A DNA stretch of 64,000 nt, taken from the NCBI GenBank assembly GCA_050015075.1, contig JBEKCB010000007.1, positions 109,747 to 173,746 of the forward strand. Reading direction: 5' to 3'. A program made the position numbers and the translations under genes. The notes under the pieces are model-generated. The model saw nothing but the letters and a program-made list of their open reading frames with translations, made no database searches and was not told the DNA's origin. Within the stretch, counting starts at the first letter, position 1. Every line of letters begins with the position of its first letter. Shown here in pieces: positions 1-10,350 of the stretch. Source of the stretch: Candidatus Brocadiia bacterium (GTDB lineage Bacteria > Planctomycetota > Brocadiia > CAIUPP01).

Positions 1-216
1 CTCGTCCTCGAATAGCCGTAACGAGCGGCCGAAAAACGACCGAGGCGAGCGCGCGCCCAACGCTCCGCGCAAAATTCCGGTTGCGGGACTTGACTCGCAG
101 TGTCGGGCGGCGGTACATTCGAATAGAGTTGGGGCGGAGGCATGCGGGCGAATTTCAGCAACTGGGGTTGCCGGATTCCCGAATGAAGGGGCCCATTGAT
201 GGGAAGGATTCCTGCC

Positions 217-633
217 ATGAGAAAGAGTTGGATTGTCGCCGCATTCTGCGCCGGCCTCGTCGTCCTCGCCGCCGGTTGCGCCTCGTCGTGGCACAAGGGA
301 CGCGTGCAGCCGATGCTCTCCGGCATTCTCGACGGCAAGACTTTTGTCGGCGAAGTCGGCGTCGCGGAGGCGCCCTCGACGCGCGACACGTTGACCTTCA
401 AGGACGGCTACTTCCATTCGGCCGCCTGCGACCAGTTCCATTTCGGGAGCGGCGCGTACCTGGCCGTGGCGAGCGGCGACACGACGACGTTCCAGGCGAT
501 AACGCACAACCGGCAAGGCGCGGTGAATGTCTGGATGGGAACGGTCAAGGACAACAAACTCGAAGGCACGGCGACGTTGTACGAGAAAGGCAAAGAGCCG
601 TTCAAGCGCTGGGTGAGGGCAACGCTGCAGTAG
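217..633 (+). CDS. Putative lipoprotein, hypothetical
   Basis: ATG at 217 after GGGAAGGA. N-terminus MRKSWIVAAF...LAAGC has a hydrophobic segment and a lipobox. Confidence 0.65.
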   Translation: MRKSWIVAAFCAGLVVLAAGCASSWHKGRVQPMLSGILDGKTFVGEVGVAEAPSTRDTLTFKDGYFHSAACDQFHFGSGAYLAVASGDTTTFQAITHNRQGAVNVWMGTVKDNKLEGTATLYEKGKEPFKRWVRATLQ

Positions 634-689
634 CGTTGCAGTTCGGAGCGGGCTGAGGGACGTTTCATTTTTTTAGGGGGAAAGCGCAC

Positions 690-893
690 ATGGCGAAGGG
701 CAAGAAGCGGATGGTCAAAGCGCATGCGTTGGAGCAGTCGCACGCGGGTCACGCGAAGCACCTGTGCGACCTGGCGTCGCGCAAGCTGATGGACCAGGTG
801 GCGGACCTGGCGAAGAACTCACAATACGTCTGCCACTTCTGCGGCCGCGCGGCGGCCAAACCGGGCAATCTCTGCGAGCCGATCAAAATCTAG
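690..893 (+). CDS. Small Cys/His-rich, probably metal-binding protein
   Basis: AGGGGG RBS. Motifs HxxHxxHLC and YVCHFCGRAAAKPGNLCEP. Followed by a terminator. Confidence 0.7.
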   Translation: MAKGKKRMVKAHALEQSHAGHAKHLCDLASRKLMDQVADLAKNSQYVCHFCGRAAAKPGNLCEPIKI

Positions 894-907
894 TCGGCCG
901 GACCGAG

Positions 908-945
908 CAGGGCGGAGTTGATTCAGCGACTCCGCCCTGTTTCTT
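908..945 (+). terminator. Intrinsic terminator
   Basis: CAGGGCGGAGT...ACTCCGCCCTG stem followed by TTTCTT. Confidence 0.7.
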
Positions 946-984
946 CCCAACCCCCAAAAGAGACGCCGCGCTCCGCAGCGCCCC

Positions 985-1013
985 TTGACAGTCCATCCGG
1001 CGTCCTCCATACT
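985..1013 (+). promoter_or_regulatory. Sigma70-type promoter upstream of the rhodanese gene
   Basis: TTGACA-17 nt-CATACT. Confidence 0.55.
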
Positions 1014-1168
1014 TTTATTAAAGGAGTCGTCAAGGGCGTCATGGCTCCGGGGTGGAAGCGCAAAGACGACTCCACAAGTGATTGTATCACAAGACGTTAG
1101 CCTGAAAGACGTTCAATCGCACCACTCCGGACCGGACGCATGAATGTCGTTGATAGGAGGGCACAACC

Positions 1169-1681
1169 ATGGTCACAGAAATTGCCATGCTGCCGGTGAT
1201 CCTGATGGGAGTTTCGTTCTTTGGCAGGGGTAAATCCGGAAGCTCGGCGGGCGACAGTTCGTGTTCGTCGTGCGGCTCCAGCGAAAAGAACCTGCCCGAT
1301 GAGGCCAGGGAATCGGTGAAGACACTCCATGAGAACGGCATCGGATTCCTGACGGCGGATCAACTTCAACAGAAGTTGCTGTCCGGCGCGCCGCCGATCG
1401 TGGTGGACGTGCTGCCCGCGGACAACTACCGTGAGTCGCACATCAAAGGCTCCGTCAACATCCCGTATGACCAGGTCGAGCAGTGGGCCTCGCGCCTGAT
1501 TCCGGATATGAACGCCGAGGTGGTCGTCTATTGCGCGAACTACAAATGCCCGGCCAGCATTGAGGCGGGCAAGACGCTGAAACGGCTCGGTTACACCAAC
1601 GTGCATGACTTCAAGGGCGGAATGAAGGAGTGGCTGGACCGGAAGTACACGGTCGAAGGTCATAAGGCTAAAGCGGCGTAG
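1169..1681 (+). CDS. Rhodanese-like domain protein
   Basis: VVDVLPADNYRESHIKGSVNIP, VVYCANYKC active-site loop, FKGGMKEW. AGGAGG RBS. Confidence 0.85.
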   Translation: MVTEIAMLPVILMGVSFFGRGKSGSSAGDSSCSSCGSSEKNLPDEARESVKTLHENGIGFLTADQLQQKLLSGAPPIVVDVLPADNYRESHIKGSVNIPYDQVEQWASRLIPDMNAEVVVYCANYKCPASIEAGKTLKRLGYTNVHDFKGGMKEWLDRKYTVEGHKAKAA

Positions 1682-1861
1682 CAATTCCATCTGCGCCGGT
1701 CGGTTGTGCGGAGCGCCGCCCATCCGGCCGGCGTCGTCGTTGTAAGAAGTCGGCTTGATTTGCCGGCCGAATCACGATAATCTGAGCCAAACCGGGCTCG
1801 TCCTGGGACCCTTCGGTATCGTTTCAGGTTTCGAGCCCTTTCTCTCTCGTCGAGGAGCACC

Positions 1862-2155
1862 ATGTCCCCGTTTGAAATTCTCATGCTCGTCTGTTTCGGC
1901 GCCGCGTGGCCCTTCTCCATCGTCAAGGCGTATCGTTCCCGCGAGAACGGCGGCAAGAGCCTGCTGTTCCTCATCGTGATCTTCATCGGCTACCTGGCGG
2001 GCACGGCGAACAAGCTGTGGTACAAGCCCGACGCGGTCGCCGGAGTCGTTTACCTTTATATTCTGAACGGCATCATGGTCGCGGTGGACATCGCGATCCA
2101 TTTCCGCAACCAGCAGTTCGCCGCGCAGCCCGACAAGGATTTTCTGGGCGAATAA
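1862..2155 (+). CDS. Small PQ-loop/SemiSWEET-like membrane protein
   Basis: Three hydrophobic helices, FGAAWPFSIVKAYRSRENGGKS motif, GAGGAG RBS. Confidence 0.65.
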   Translation: MSPFEILMLVCFGAAWPFSIVKAYRSRENGGKSLLFLIVIFIGYLAGTANKLWYKPDAVAGVVYLYILNGIMVAVDIAIHFRNQQFAAQPDKDFLGE

Positions 2156-2196
2156 CGCATCGTCGCCCGGTTCGCCGAGAGGATTAGGAGCAATCC

Positions 2197-2280
2197 ATGG
2201 CTGATCTCCTGTACGTGGGAATCGTCATCGCGTTCTTCGCGGTCACCATCGTCGGCCTCAAGGCGCTCGACCGGATTTAG
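2197..2280 (+). CDS. 27-aa hydrophobic peptide preceding kdpF (MADLLYVGIVIAFFAVTIVGLKALDRI)
   Basis: AGGAG RBS, single TM helix. Absent from the ORF track because of its size. Confidence 0.6.
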   Translation: MADLLYVGIVIAFFAVTIVGLKALDRI

Positions 2281-2289
2281 GAAGAGACC

Positions 2290-2379
2290 ATGACCGCCAT
2301 CCACGCCGTCTGCGGCGCCGTCGCGCTCGGGCTGCTCATCTACCTCTTCGTGGCGCTGCTGAAGCCGGAGAAATTCTGA
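2290..2379 (+). CDS. kdpF: K+-transporting ATPase subunit F
   Basis: MTAIHAVCGAVALGLLIYLFVALLKPEKF with the YL-x-x-ALL-x-PEKF signature. TGATG overlap with kdpA. Confidence 0.9.
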   Translation: MTAIHAVCGAVALGLLIYLFVALLKPEKF

Positions 2380-4160
2380 TGACCGCCAATGCGTGGTTTC
2401 AGATCCTTCTCTACGTCGGCATATTGACCCTCCTCGCCATCCCGCTGGGCCTGTTCATGGCCAGCGTGTTCGAAGGCCGCGCCGGCCGGATGGAGAAAAT
2501 CCTGCGCCCCGTCGAGCGCCTCCTGTACCGTCTCTGCGGCGTCCGCGCCGACGAGGAGATGAACTGGAAGCAGTACGCGGTGGCGATGCTGCTCTTCAAC
2601 CTCTTCGGCTGCCTGCTCGTGTACGCCCTTCAGCGGATCCAGCTCTTCCTGCCGCTGAACCCGCACAAGCTCGGCGCCGTGTCGCCCGACTCGGCGTTCA
2701 ACACCGCCGTGAGCTTCGCCAGCAACACGAACTGGCAGGACTACGGCGGCGAGTCCACGATGAGCTACCTGACGCAGATGCTGGCGCTCACCGTGCAGAA
2801 TTTCGTCTCCGCCGCCACCGGCATCGCCGTCCTTGTCGCGCTGATCCGCGGGATCGTGCGGAAGGAGACCGAGCACATCGGGAATTTCTGGACCGACCTG
2901 ACGCGCAGCACGCTCTACGTCCTCATGCCGCTATCCATTGTGCTGGCGCTGGCGCTGGTCTGGCAGGGCGTGCCGCAGACGTTCGGCCCGTCGCGGACTG
3001 TGCCGTTCCTTCAGCCGACGCAGGACGACAAGGGCAAAGCGGTCGCCGAGCAGGCGCTGTCGGTCGGCCCGGTGGCCTCGCAGGTGGCCATCAAGCAACT
3101 GGGAACCAACGGCGGCGGCTTCTTCAACGCCAACTCCGCACACCCCTTCGAGAACCCGACTCCGCTCTCCAACTTCCTGGAACTCCTGGCGATCCTCCTC
3201 ATTCCGGCCGCGCTCTGTTTTACGTATGGAAAAATGGTCAAAGACATGCGCCAGGGCTTGGCCATTTTCGCGGCGATGATGGGCTTGTACCTCGTCTGCG
3301 CGATCGGGTGCGTGTGGGTCGAAGAGCGCGGCAACCCGATCCTGGCGAAGCTCGGCGTGGACCAGGCGCCGCACGACGGGGCATCGGCGCTCACGACGGC
3401 GGGCTCGAACAACGCCCTGTCCGGCGGGAACATGGAGGGCAAAGAGGTGCGCTTCGGCCCGGTCAATTCCGCCATCTGGGCCACCGCGACCACGGCGGCC
3501 TCGAACGGCTCGGTGAACTCGATGCACGACTCGTTCACGCCGCTCGGAGGGCTGATCCCGATGTGGCTCATCAAGGTGGGCGAAGTCATCTTCGGCGGCG
3601 TAGGCTCGGGCCTGTACGGCATGCTGGCGTTCGTCATCGTCACGGTCTTCGTCGCCGGCCTGATGGTCGGCCGCACGCCGGAGTACCTCGGCAAGAAGAT
3701 CGAAGCGAAAGAGATGAAGATGGCCTCGCTCGTCATCCTGATCGTCCCGCTGCTGGTCCTCATTGGCTCGGCCGCCGCCGCCGTCTGCGACGCCGGGACC
3801 AGCGGCCTGGGCAACCGCGGCCCGCACGGGCTCAGCGAAATTCTCTACGCGTACGCCAGCACCTCCAACAACAACGGCAGCGCGTTCGCCGGGCTGAACG
3901 TCAACACGCCGTACTATAACCTGACCACGGGCCTGGCCATGCTGCTCGGGCGGTACTGGCTGGCGGTGCCGATCCTGGCCATCGCCGGCTCGCTGGCGCG
4001 GAAGAAAATCGTCCCCGCCGGCGCGGGCACGCTCTCGACGCACACGCCGCTGTTCGTGGCGATGCTCGCCGGCGTCGTGGGGCTTGTCGGCGCGCTCTCC
4101 TTCATCCCGGCGTTGGCGCTGGGGCCCATCGCGGAATTTCTTCAGATGATCCGCTCATGA
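2379..4160 (+). CDS. kdpA: K+-transporting ATPase subunit A
   Basis: [22 protein letters not shown] and NNGSAFAGL selectivity loops. Confidence 0.97.
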   Translation: MTANAWFQILLYVGILTLLAIPLGLFMASVFEGRAGRMEKILRPVERLLYRLCGVRADEEMNWKQYAVAMLLFNLFGCLLVYALQRIQLFLPLNPHKLGAVSPDSAFNTAVSFASNTNWQDYGGESTMSYLTQMLALTVQNFVSAATGIAVLVALIRGIVRKETEHIGNFWTDLTRSTLYVLMPLSIVLALALVWQGVPQTFGPSRTVPFLQPTQDDKGKAVAEQALSVGPVASQVAIKQLGTNGGGFFNANSAHPFENPTPLSNFLELLAILLIPAALCFTYGKMVKDMRQGLAIFAAMMGLYLVCAIGCVWVEERGNPILAKLGVDQAPHDGASALTTAGSNNALSGGNMEGKEVRFGPVNSAIWATATTAASNGSVNSMHDSFTPLGGLIPMWLIKVGEVIFGGVGSGLYGMLAFVIVTVFVAGLMVGRTPEYLGKKIEAKEMKMASLVILIVPLLVLIGSAAAAVCDAGTSGLGNRGPHGLSEILYAYASTSNNNGSAFAGLNVNTPYYNLTTGLAMLLGRYWLAVPILAIAGSLARKKIVPAGAGTLSTHTPLFVAMLAGVVGLVGALSFIPALALGPIAEFLQMIRS

Positions 4161-6232
4161 GCGACAAGAAAACCGGAACGCGCCCGCTGTTCGACCCGCC
4201 GATCGTGAAACGGGCCGTGCTCGACTCGTTCCGCAAGCTCCATCCCGCGCTGCAAATCCACAACCCGGTCATGTTCACCGTGTTCATCGGCAGTGTGGTG
4301 ACGCTGGCGCTCTTCGTCCAGGCGGTGCTGGGCAAGGGCGAGGCGGCGCCCGGATTCATCCTCGCCGTCTCCGCCTGGCTGTGGCTGACGGTGCTGTTCT
4401 CGAACTTCGCCGAGGCGATGGCCGAGGGCCGCGGCAAGGCGCAGGCCGACACCCTGCGCAAGGCGCGGCGCGACATCCTGACGCGGAGACTCGCCGCGCC
4501 GAAGCGCGATGCCTTGTCGGTGCGCGTCGCCTCCGCCGACCTCCGCACCGGCGACTTCGTGCTCGTCGAAGCCGGCGAATTCATCCCCGGCGACGGCGAA
4601 GTGGTCGAGGGCGTCGCCTCCGTGGACGAGAGCGCCATCACCGGCGAGAGCGCCCCGGTGATCCGCGAGAGCGGCGGCGACCGCAGCGCCGTCACCGGCG
4701 GCACCCGCGTCCTCTCCGACTGGCTGATCGTCCGCGTCACCGCGAATCCCGGCGAGAGCTTCCTCGACCGCATGATCTCCATGGTCGAGGGCGCCAAGCG
4801 CCAGAAGACCCCGAACGAGATCGCGCTGAACATCCTCCTCGCGGCGCTGACGATCGTGTTCCTGGTCGTCTGCACCACGCTGCTGCCGTACTCCATCTAC
4901 AGCGTCAAGGAAGCCGGGAAAGGCGTCGTGGTCAGCATCACGGTGCTCGTCGCGCTGTTCGTCTGCCTGGCGCCGACGACCATCGGCGCGCTGCTCTCGG
5001 CGATCGGCATCGCCGGCATGGACCGCCTGATCCAGGCGAACTGCATCGCGATGTCCGGCCGCGCGGTCGAAGCCGCCGGCGACGTGGACGTGCTGCTCCT
5101 CGACAAGACCGGCACGATCACGCTGGGCAACCGGCAGGCGACGGAGTTCATCCCGGCGCCGGGCGTCAACCTGCCGGAACTGGCCGACGCGGCGCAGTTC
5201 GCCTCGCTGGCCGACGAGACGCCCGAGGGCCGCAGCATCGTCGTGCTCGCCAAGGAGAAATACGGCCTGCGCGGGCGCGACATCCATCCGCTGGGCGCGG
5301 CGTTCGTCCCGTTCACCGCGCAGACGCGCATGAGCGGCGTCAACCTCGAAGGCCGCCAGATCCGCAAGGGCGCCGCGGAGGCCATCGAGGCGCACGTCCA
5401 GACCCTTGGCGGCGAATTCCCCGCCGGCGTGCAGGAGAAAGTCCGCGCCATCTCGCTCGAAGGCGGCACGCCGCTGGTGGTCTCGGAAGGCGCGCGGGTG
5501 CTGGGGGTCATCCGGCTCAAGGACGTCGTCAAGGGCGGCATCCGCGAGCGGTTCCTCGAACTGCGCCGCATGGGGATCAAGACGGTGATGATCACTGGCG
5601 ACAACCCGCTGACGGCGGCTGCCATCGCGGCGGAGGCCGGGGTGGACGATTTCCTGGCCGAGGCCACGCCCGAGGCGAAGCTGAAGTACATCCGCGAATC
5701 GCAGGCCGGCGGCCGCATGGTCGCCATGACCGGCGACGGCACCAACGACGCGCCCGCGCTCGCCCAGGCCGACGTCGCCGTGGCGATGAACACCGGCACG
5801 CAGGCGGCCAAGGAAGCCGGAAACATCGTGGACCTCGACTCGAACCCGACGAAGCTCATCGAGATCGTGAGCATCGGCAAGCAGTTGCTGATGACGCGCG
5901 GCTCGCTGACGACGTTCAGCATCGCCAACGACGTGGCGAAGTATTTCGCCATCATCCCGGCGGCCTTCGCCGCGACGTATCCCGCGCTCAACGCGCTCAA
6001 CCTGATGCACCTGGCCACGCCGCAGAGCGCCATCCTCTCGGCGGTGATCTTCAACGCGCTGATCATCGTCTTCCTCATCCCGCTGGCCCTGCGCGGCGTC
6101 AAGTACCGTCCCGTCGGCGCCGAGAAGCTCCTCCGGTTGAACCTGCTGATTTACGGCCTCGGCGGCCTGGCGCTGCCATTCGTCGGCATCAAGTTGATTG
6201 ACATGATTCTCGTTCTGCTGCGGGTCGCTTGA
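4157..6232 (+). CDS. kdpB: K+-transporting ATPase subunit B (P-type ATPase)
   Basis: TGES, DKTGT phosphorylation site, [10 protein letters not shown]. Confidence 0.97.
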   Translation: MSDKKTGTRPLFDPPIVKRAVLDSFRKLHPALQIHNPVMFTVFIGSVVTLALFVQAVLGKGEAAPGFILAVSAWLWLTVLFSNFAEAMAEGRGKAQADTLRKARRDILTRRLAAPKRDALSVRVASADLRTGDFVLVEAGEFIPGDGEVVEGVASVDESAITGESAPVIRESGGDRSAVTGGTRVLSDWLIVRVTANPGESFLDRMISMVEGAKRQKTPNEIALNILLAALTIVFLVVCTTLLPYSIYSVKEAGKGVVVSITVLVALFVCLAPTTIGALLSAIGIAGMDRLIQANCIAMSGRAVEAAGDVDVLLLDKTGTITLGNRQATEFIPAPGVNLPELADAAQFASLADETPEGRSIVVLAKEKYGLRGRDIHPLGAAFVPFTAQTRMSGVNLEGRQIRKGAAEAIEAHVQTLGGEFPAGVQEKVRAISLEGGTPLVVSEGARVLGVIRLKDVVKGGIRERFLELRRMGIKTVMITGDNPLTAAAIAAEAGVDDFLAEATPEAKLKYIRESQAGGRMVAMTGDGTNDAPALAQADVAVAMNTGTQAAKEAGNIVDLDSNPTKLIEIVSIGKQLLMTRGSLTTFSIANDVAKYFAIIPAAFAATYPALNALNLMHLATPQSAILSAVIFNALIIVFLIPLALRGVKYRPVGAEKLLRLNLLIYGLGGLALPFVGIKLIDMILVLLRVA

Positions 6233-6242
6233 GGGAAAAGAC

Positions 6243-6860
6243 ATGTTCGCCGAAATCCGCCGTCAAATCCGCCCGGCGCTCGTCGCGCTGGCCCTGTCCT
6301 CGGCGCTGCTGGGGCTGGTCTATCCGGCGGTCATCACCGCCATCGCCCGCACGCTCTTCCCCGGCGCGTCGCATGGCGCCCTCATTGAAAAGGACGGCCG
6401 CGCGCTGGGCTCCCGGCTCATCGGGCAGCCCTTCACGGACCCGAAGTATTTCTGGAGCCGGCCTTCGGCGACCACGCCCTTTCCGTACAACGCGGAATCC
6501 TCCAACGGCTCCAATCTCGGCCCGACCAACCCGGACCTGGCGAAGGCGGTCCGCGAGCGGATCGCCGCGTTGCGCGCCGCCGATCCGGGCAATTCGGCGC
6601 CCGTGCCGGCGGACCTCGTGACGGCCTCGGCCAGCGGGCTCGACCCGGACATCACGCCGGCGGCGGCGGAGTTCCAGGTGCGGCGCGTCGCCCGCGCGCG
6701 GAAGCTCGACGAGAAGGAGGTCCGCGCCCTCGTCGCACGGTTCACCCAGGACCGCCAACTCGGCATCCTCGGCGAGGCGCGAGTGAACGTCCTCGAGCTG
6801 AATCTGGCTTTGGACGGGCGGATCCAGCAAGACCGCCTTAAGGAATCAAGCACAGATTGA
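6243..6860 (+). CDS. kdpC: K+-transporting ATPase subunit C
   Basis: [44 protein letters not shown]. Confidence 0.95.
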   Translation: MFAEIRRQIRPALVALALSSALLGLVYPAVITAIARTLFPGASHGALIEKDGRALGSRLIGQPFTDPKYFWSRPSATTPFPYNAESSNGSNLGPTNPDLAKAVRERIAALRAADPGNSAPVPADLVTASASGLDPDITPAAAEFQVRRVARARKLDEKEVRALVARFTQDRQLGILGEARVNVLELNLALDGRIQQDRLKESSTD

Positions 6861-6894
6861 CAAAGCATCTTTTGATGGCCATAATATCATCAAA
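6857..6894 (+). promoter_or_regulatory. Sigma70 promoter of vapBC with an inverted-repeat operator candidate
   Basis: TTGACA(6857)-17 nt-CATAAT(6880). TTTGATG...CATCAAA inverted repeat flanks the -10 element. Confidence 0.6.
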
Positions 6895-6910
6895 TAGGAG
6901 GGCCCGAATC

Positions 6911-7126
6911 ATGCGGCTCACAATTGATATTGACGAGAAGGTGCTTCGCGGCATTCAAAAGGCAACGGGGAATCGTAAGCGCTCGCCGGCCGTCCGCGAG
7001 GCGCTTGTGCGGTATCTGCGCGAGCGGGAGAAGAGAGAGTTCTTGCGCAAAGTCCTCCGCGGCGAGACGGATTTCGGCATGACGAACGAAGAACTGGAGA
7101 AACTCGCGACCTATGATTCTGATTGA
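6911..7126 (+). CDS. vapB: VapB-family (RHH) antitoxin
   Basis: MRLTIDIDEKVL...AVREAL RHH pattern, AGGAGG RBS, overlaps the downstream PIN gene. Confidence 0.8.
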   Translation: MRLTIDIDEKVLRGIQKATGNRKRSPAVREALVRYLREREKREFLRKVLRGETDFGMTNEELEKLATYDSD

Positions 7127-7502
7127 CACATCGGCCTGGATTGAGTTCTTCCGGCGCAGCGGTAATGCCGCCATCAAGTCGCGCGTGGCCGGGTGGGTGG
7201 AAACGGGCGAGGCGGGTTTCTGCGGCCCCATCCTTTACGAACTAACACTTGGCGCGCGTCCGGCGGAGACGCATTTGATTCGAAAAGCCCTCGGGTTCTG
7301 CGGTTTCCTGGAGTTTCCGGCCGCCGCCTGGGAACTGGGAGCATCACTGGAAAGAGGGATGCGGCAGAATGGCGCCACGGTCCCCCGCGACGACATCCTC
7401 GTCGCAGCCGCTGCGCTGCACCATGATGTTCCCCTCTACTGTTGCGACAAGCACTTCCAGTTCATAGCAAAGCACGCGGCGCCGAAGCTGCGATTGGTCT
7501 GA
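7113..7502 (+). CDS. vapC: VapC-family PIN-domain toxin
   Basis: MILIDTSAWIEFF, ILYEL, DDILVAAAAL, DKHF conserved acidic residues. Confidence 0.9.
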   Translation: MILIDTSAWIEFFRRSGNAAIKSRVAGWVETGEAGFCGPILYELTLGARPAETHLIRKALGFCGFLEFPAAAWELGASLERGMRQNGATVPRDDILVAAAALHHDVPLYCCDKHFQFIAKHAAPKLRLV

Positions 7503-7573
7503 TGTTTTTTCGTTCTTAGCGCTCTGCGCGAGAGTATTTCTTTCTTCATGCGAACGTCAATGATGAGAAGGCG

Positions 7574-10225
7574 ATGGACCCGACCCGCGCCAATCCCGAC
7601 GAACTGCTCAAGCAGGTCAAGGCGGAGGAGCAGCGGCAGCGACGCGGCAAGCTGAAGATCTTCTTCGGTGCGGCCGCCGGCGTCGGCAAGACCTACGCCA
7701 TGCTCGAAGCGGCCCAGGCGCGCAAGACCGAAGGGCTGAACGTCGTCGTCGGGATCGTCGAAACCCATGGGCGCACTGAGACCGAGACGCTCCTCAAGGG
7801 GCTCGAAATCCTGCCGCCGCGTTTCGTGGAGTACCGCGGCACGAAGCTGCGCGAGTTCGACCTCGACGCGGCCCTGGCGCGCAAGCCGGAGCTGATCCTC
7901 GTGGACGAACTGGCGCACACGAACGCGCCCGGCAGCCGCCATGCAAAGCGATGGGAGGACACCAACGATCTCCTCGACGCCGGGATCAACGTCTACACCA
8001 CGCTCAACGTGCAGCACCTCGAAAGCCTCAACGACGTCGTCCAGCAGGTCACCGGCGTCGTCGTCCGCGAGACCGTCCCCGACTCCGTCGTCGAGCAGGC
8101 CGACGAGATCGAGCTGATTGACCTGCCGCCCGACGACCTGATCCGGCGCCTGAAAGAGGGAAAGATCTATCTTCCCGAGCAGGCGGGGTTCGCGGCCGAC
8201 AACTTCTTCCGCAAGGGCAACCTCATCGCGCTGCGCGAGCTGGCGCTGCGCTCGACCGCCGACCGCGTGAACCTGCAGGTGCGCGACTACCGCGAAGAGC
8301 AGGCGATCAGCCGCGTCTGGCGGACCTCCGAACGGCTCCTCGCCTGCGTCAGCCCCAGCCCGTTTTCCGCCCAACTGGTGCGCGCGGCGCGGCGGATGGC
8401 CGCCGGCCTGCACGCGGAATGGATTGCCATCACCGTCGAGCAGCCGAACCTCTCCGAGGCCGGCAAGGAGGCGCTGGCGGAGAACCTAAGCCTGGCGGAG
8501 CAACTCGGCGCCGAGACGGTGAGGGTGACCGGCACGGACGTGGTGAAAGAGGTCGTCGCCTACGCGCGCAAGCACAACGTCACCAAGATCATCGCCGGCA
8601 AGCCCGGCCCGCTCCGCCTTCACGAGCGGCTCTACGGCTCCTTCGTGGGCAACCTGATCCGCGCCAGCGGCGATATTGACGTTTACATCATCAAGGGCGA
8701 GCCGGAGCCGTTCGAGATCACGCGCGCGGTGCGCGTCGAAGCGCCCATCGAGTGGAGGCGGTACGCCTGGGCGGCGCTGACGGTGCTCGTCTGCACCCTG
8801 CTCGCCTGGGCCATGCGCAAGAAGTTCGATCCGTCAAACCTCGTGATGGTCTATCTCCTCGGAGTCGCGCTCATCGCCGCGCGGATCGGGTCCGGGCCGG
8901 CCATCCTCTGTTCCATCCTGAGCGTCGTCGCCTTCGACTTCGCTTTCGTCAAAGTCTATTTCAGCGTCACGGTCGCCGACATCCAGCACCTGGTGTCGCT
9001 GGGCGTCATGCTCGTGGTGGCCCTGATCATCAGCTCGCTGACCTCGCGGCTGCACGTGCAGGCGGAGGACGCCGGCGAACGCGAGCGCCGCACCGCCGCG
9101 CTCTACTCCATGAGCGGCCAACTGGCCAGCAACTGGGGCACGGCGAAGCTGCTCGACGTGGTCGTGCGCCACGTGGCGGAGGTCCTGCAGAGCGAGGTCG
9201 CCGCCCTGGTGCCGGACGAGACCGGCCGGCTGGTGATCCGGGCCGGAAACGATGCGGCCTTTCCGATGGACGCGCGCGAGCGCGGCGTGGCGCACTGGGT
9301 CTTCGACGTCGGCCGCGTCGCCGGCCTGGGGACCGACACCATGCCCGGCGCGGAGTGCCTTTACGTGCCGCTGAACGGCACGCGCGGCCCGGTCGGCGTG
9401 CTGGCTGTCCGGCCGCTCCACGCGGGCCGGCCGCTGACGCCGGACCTGCTTCAGCTTCTCGAGGCGTTCGGCACGCAGGGCGGCATGGCCGTCGAGAGCG
9501 ACCGCTTCGCCGACGAGGCCCGAAAGGCACAACTGGAAGCGGGAGTGGAGAAGTCGCGCAACGCGCTTCTGAACTCCGTGTCGCACGACCTGCGGACGCC
9601 GCTCTCCGCCATCACTGGCGCCGCCAGCACGCTGCTGGAGCACGACGAGCAAATGACGCCCGCCGCCCGCCGCGAGATGGCCGAGAGTATCAGCGAAGAG
9701 GCCGCCCATCTCAGCCGGCTGGTCACCAACCTGCTCGAAATGACGCGGCTGGAGTCCGGCGCCGCCAAGGTCAAGAAGGAGCCGTGCCCGATCGAGGAGG
9801 TCGTCGGCAGCGCCCTGACCCGAATGGAGAAGCAGTTGAGCGGGCATCCGGTGACCACGCATATTCCCGCCGATCTGCCGCTGGTGCCGCTGGACGTAAT
9901 CCTCACCGAGCACGTCTTCATCAACCTGCTGGAGAACGCGGCGAAATACACGCCCGCCGGCTCCCCGATCGAGATCTCCGCGACGGCGTCGGACCAGCAG
10001 GTGACCGTGGAGATCGCCGACCGCGGGCCGGGCATCAGCCCCGGCGACGAAAAGAAGATCTTCGAGAAGTTCTACCGCGGCAAGCTGGCCGGCAGCGCCT
10101 CGGGCGTCGGCCTGGGCCTGACCATCTGCCGCGCGGTCGTCGAGGCCCACGGCGGAAAAATCTGGGCGGAGAACCGCCCCGGCGGCGGCGCGTCGTTCCG
10201 GTTCACCCTGCCGCTGGCGACGTGA
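7574..10225 (+). CDS. kdpD: Sensor histidine kinase KdpD
   Basis: GAAAGVGKT, VDELAHTN, Usp domain, 4 TM helices, GAF, SHDLRTPL H-box, GLGL G-box. Confidence 0.97.
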   Translation: MDPTRANPDELLKQVKAEEQRQRRGKLKIFFGAAAGVGKTYAMLEAAQARKTEGLNVVVGIVETHGRTETETLLKGLEILPPRFVEYRGTKLREFDLDAALARKPELILVDELAHTNAPGSRHAKRWEDTNDLLDAGINVYTTLNVQHLESLNDVVQQVTGVVVRETVPDSVVEQADEIELIDLPPDDLIRRLKEGKIYLPEQAGFAADNFFRKGNLIALRELALRSTADRVNLQVRDYREEQAISRVWRTSERLLACVSPSPFSAQLVRAARRMAAGLHAEWIAITVEQPNLSEAGKEALAENLSLAEQLGAETVRVTGTDVVKEVVAYARKHNVTKIIAGKPGPLRLHERLYGSFVGNLIRASGDIDVYIIKGEPEPFEITRAVRVEAPIEWRRYAWAALTVLVCTLLAWAMRKKFDPSNLVMVYLLGVALIAARIGSGPAILCSILSVVAFDFAFVKVYFSVTVADIQHLVSLGVMLVVALIISSLTSRLHVQAEDAGERERRTAALYSMSGQLASNWGTAKLLDVVVRHVAEVLQSEVAALVPDETGRLVIRAGNDAAFPMDARERGVAHWVFDVGRVAGLGTDTMPGAECLYVPLNGTRGPVGVLAVRPLHAGRPLTPDLLQLLEAFGTQGGMAVESDRFADEARKAQLEAGVEKSRNALLNSVSHDLRTPLSAITGAASTLLEHDEQMTPAARREMAESISEEAAHLSRLVTNLLEMTRLESGAAKVKKEPCPIEEVVGSALTRMEKQLSGHPVTTHIPADLPLVPLDVILTEHVFINLLENAAKYTPAGSPIEISATASDQQVTVEIADRGPGISPGDEKKIFEKFYRGKLAGSASGVGLGLTICRAVVEAHGGKIWAENRPGGGASFRFTLPLAT

Positions 10226-10255
10226 CCGTCGGCGACTTGGGCAGGCCAGATCGAA

Positions 10256-10336
10256 TCGTCCTCGTCCTCGAACTGCTCGTTTCAACGGCCGAGGACAACG
10301 ACGAGGACGAGGACGAGCAGGGCAACGAGGACGAGT
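10256..10336. repeat. Imperfect inverted repeat of CTCGTC/GACGAG hexamers (REP-like)
   Basis: tcgtcctcgtcctcg faces gacgaggacgaggacgag in the kdpD-kdpE spacer. The same unit occurs at window positions 1-10. Confidence 0.5.
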
Positions 10337-10350
10337 AGGGGCTAAGCCTT

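Noticed and set aside
1020-1110. ZTP or c-di-GMP-I riboswitch assignment
   Set aside because: Only partial resemblance (GAGTCGT..GGCG, GCGCAAAG); key conserved elements are missing, so it is left as an unclassified structured leader.
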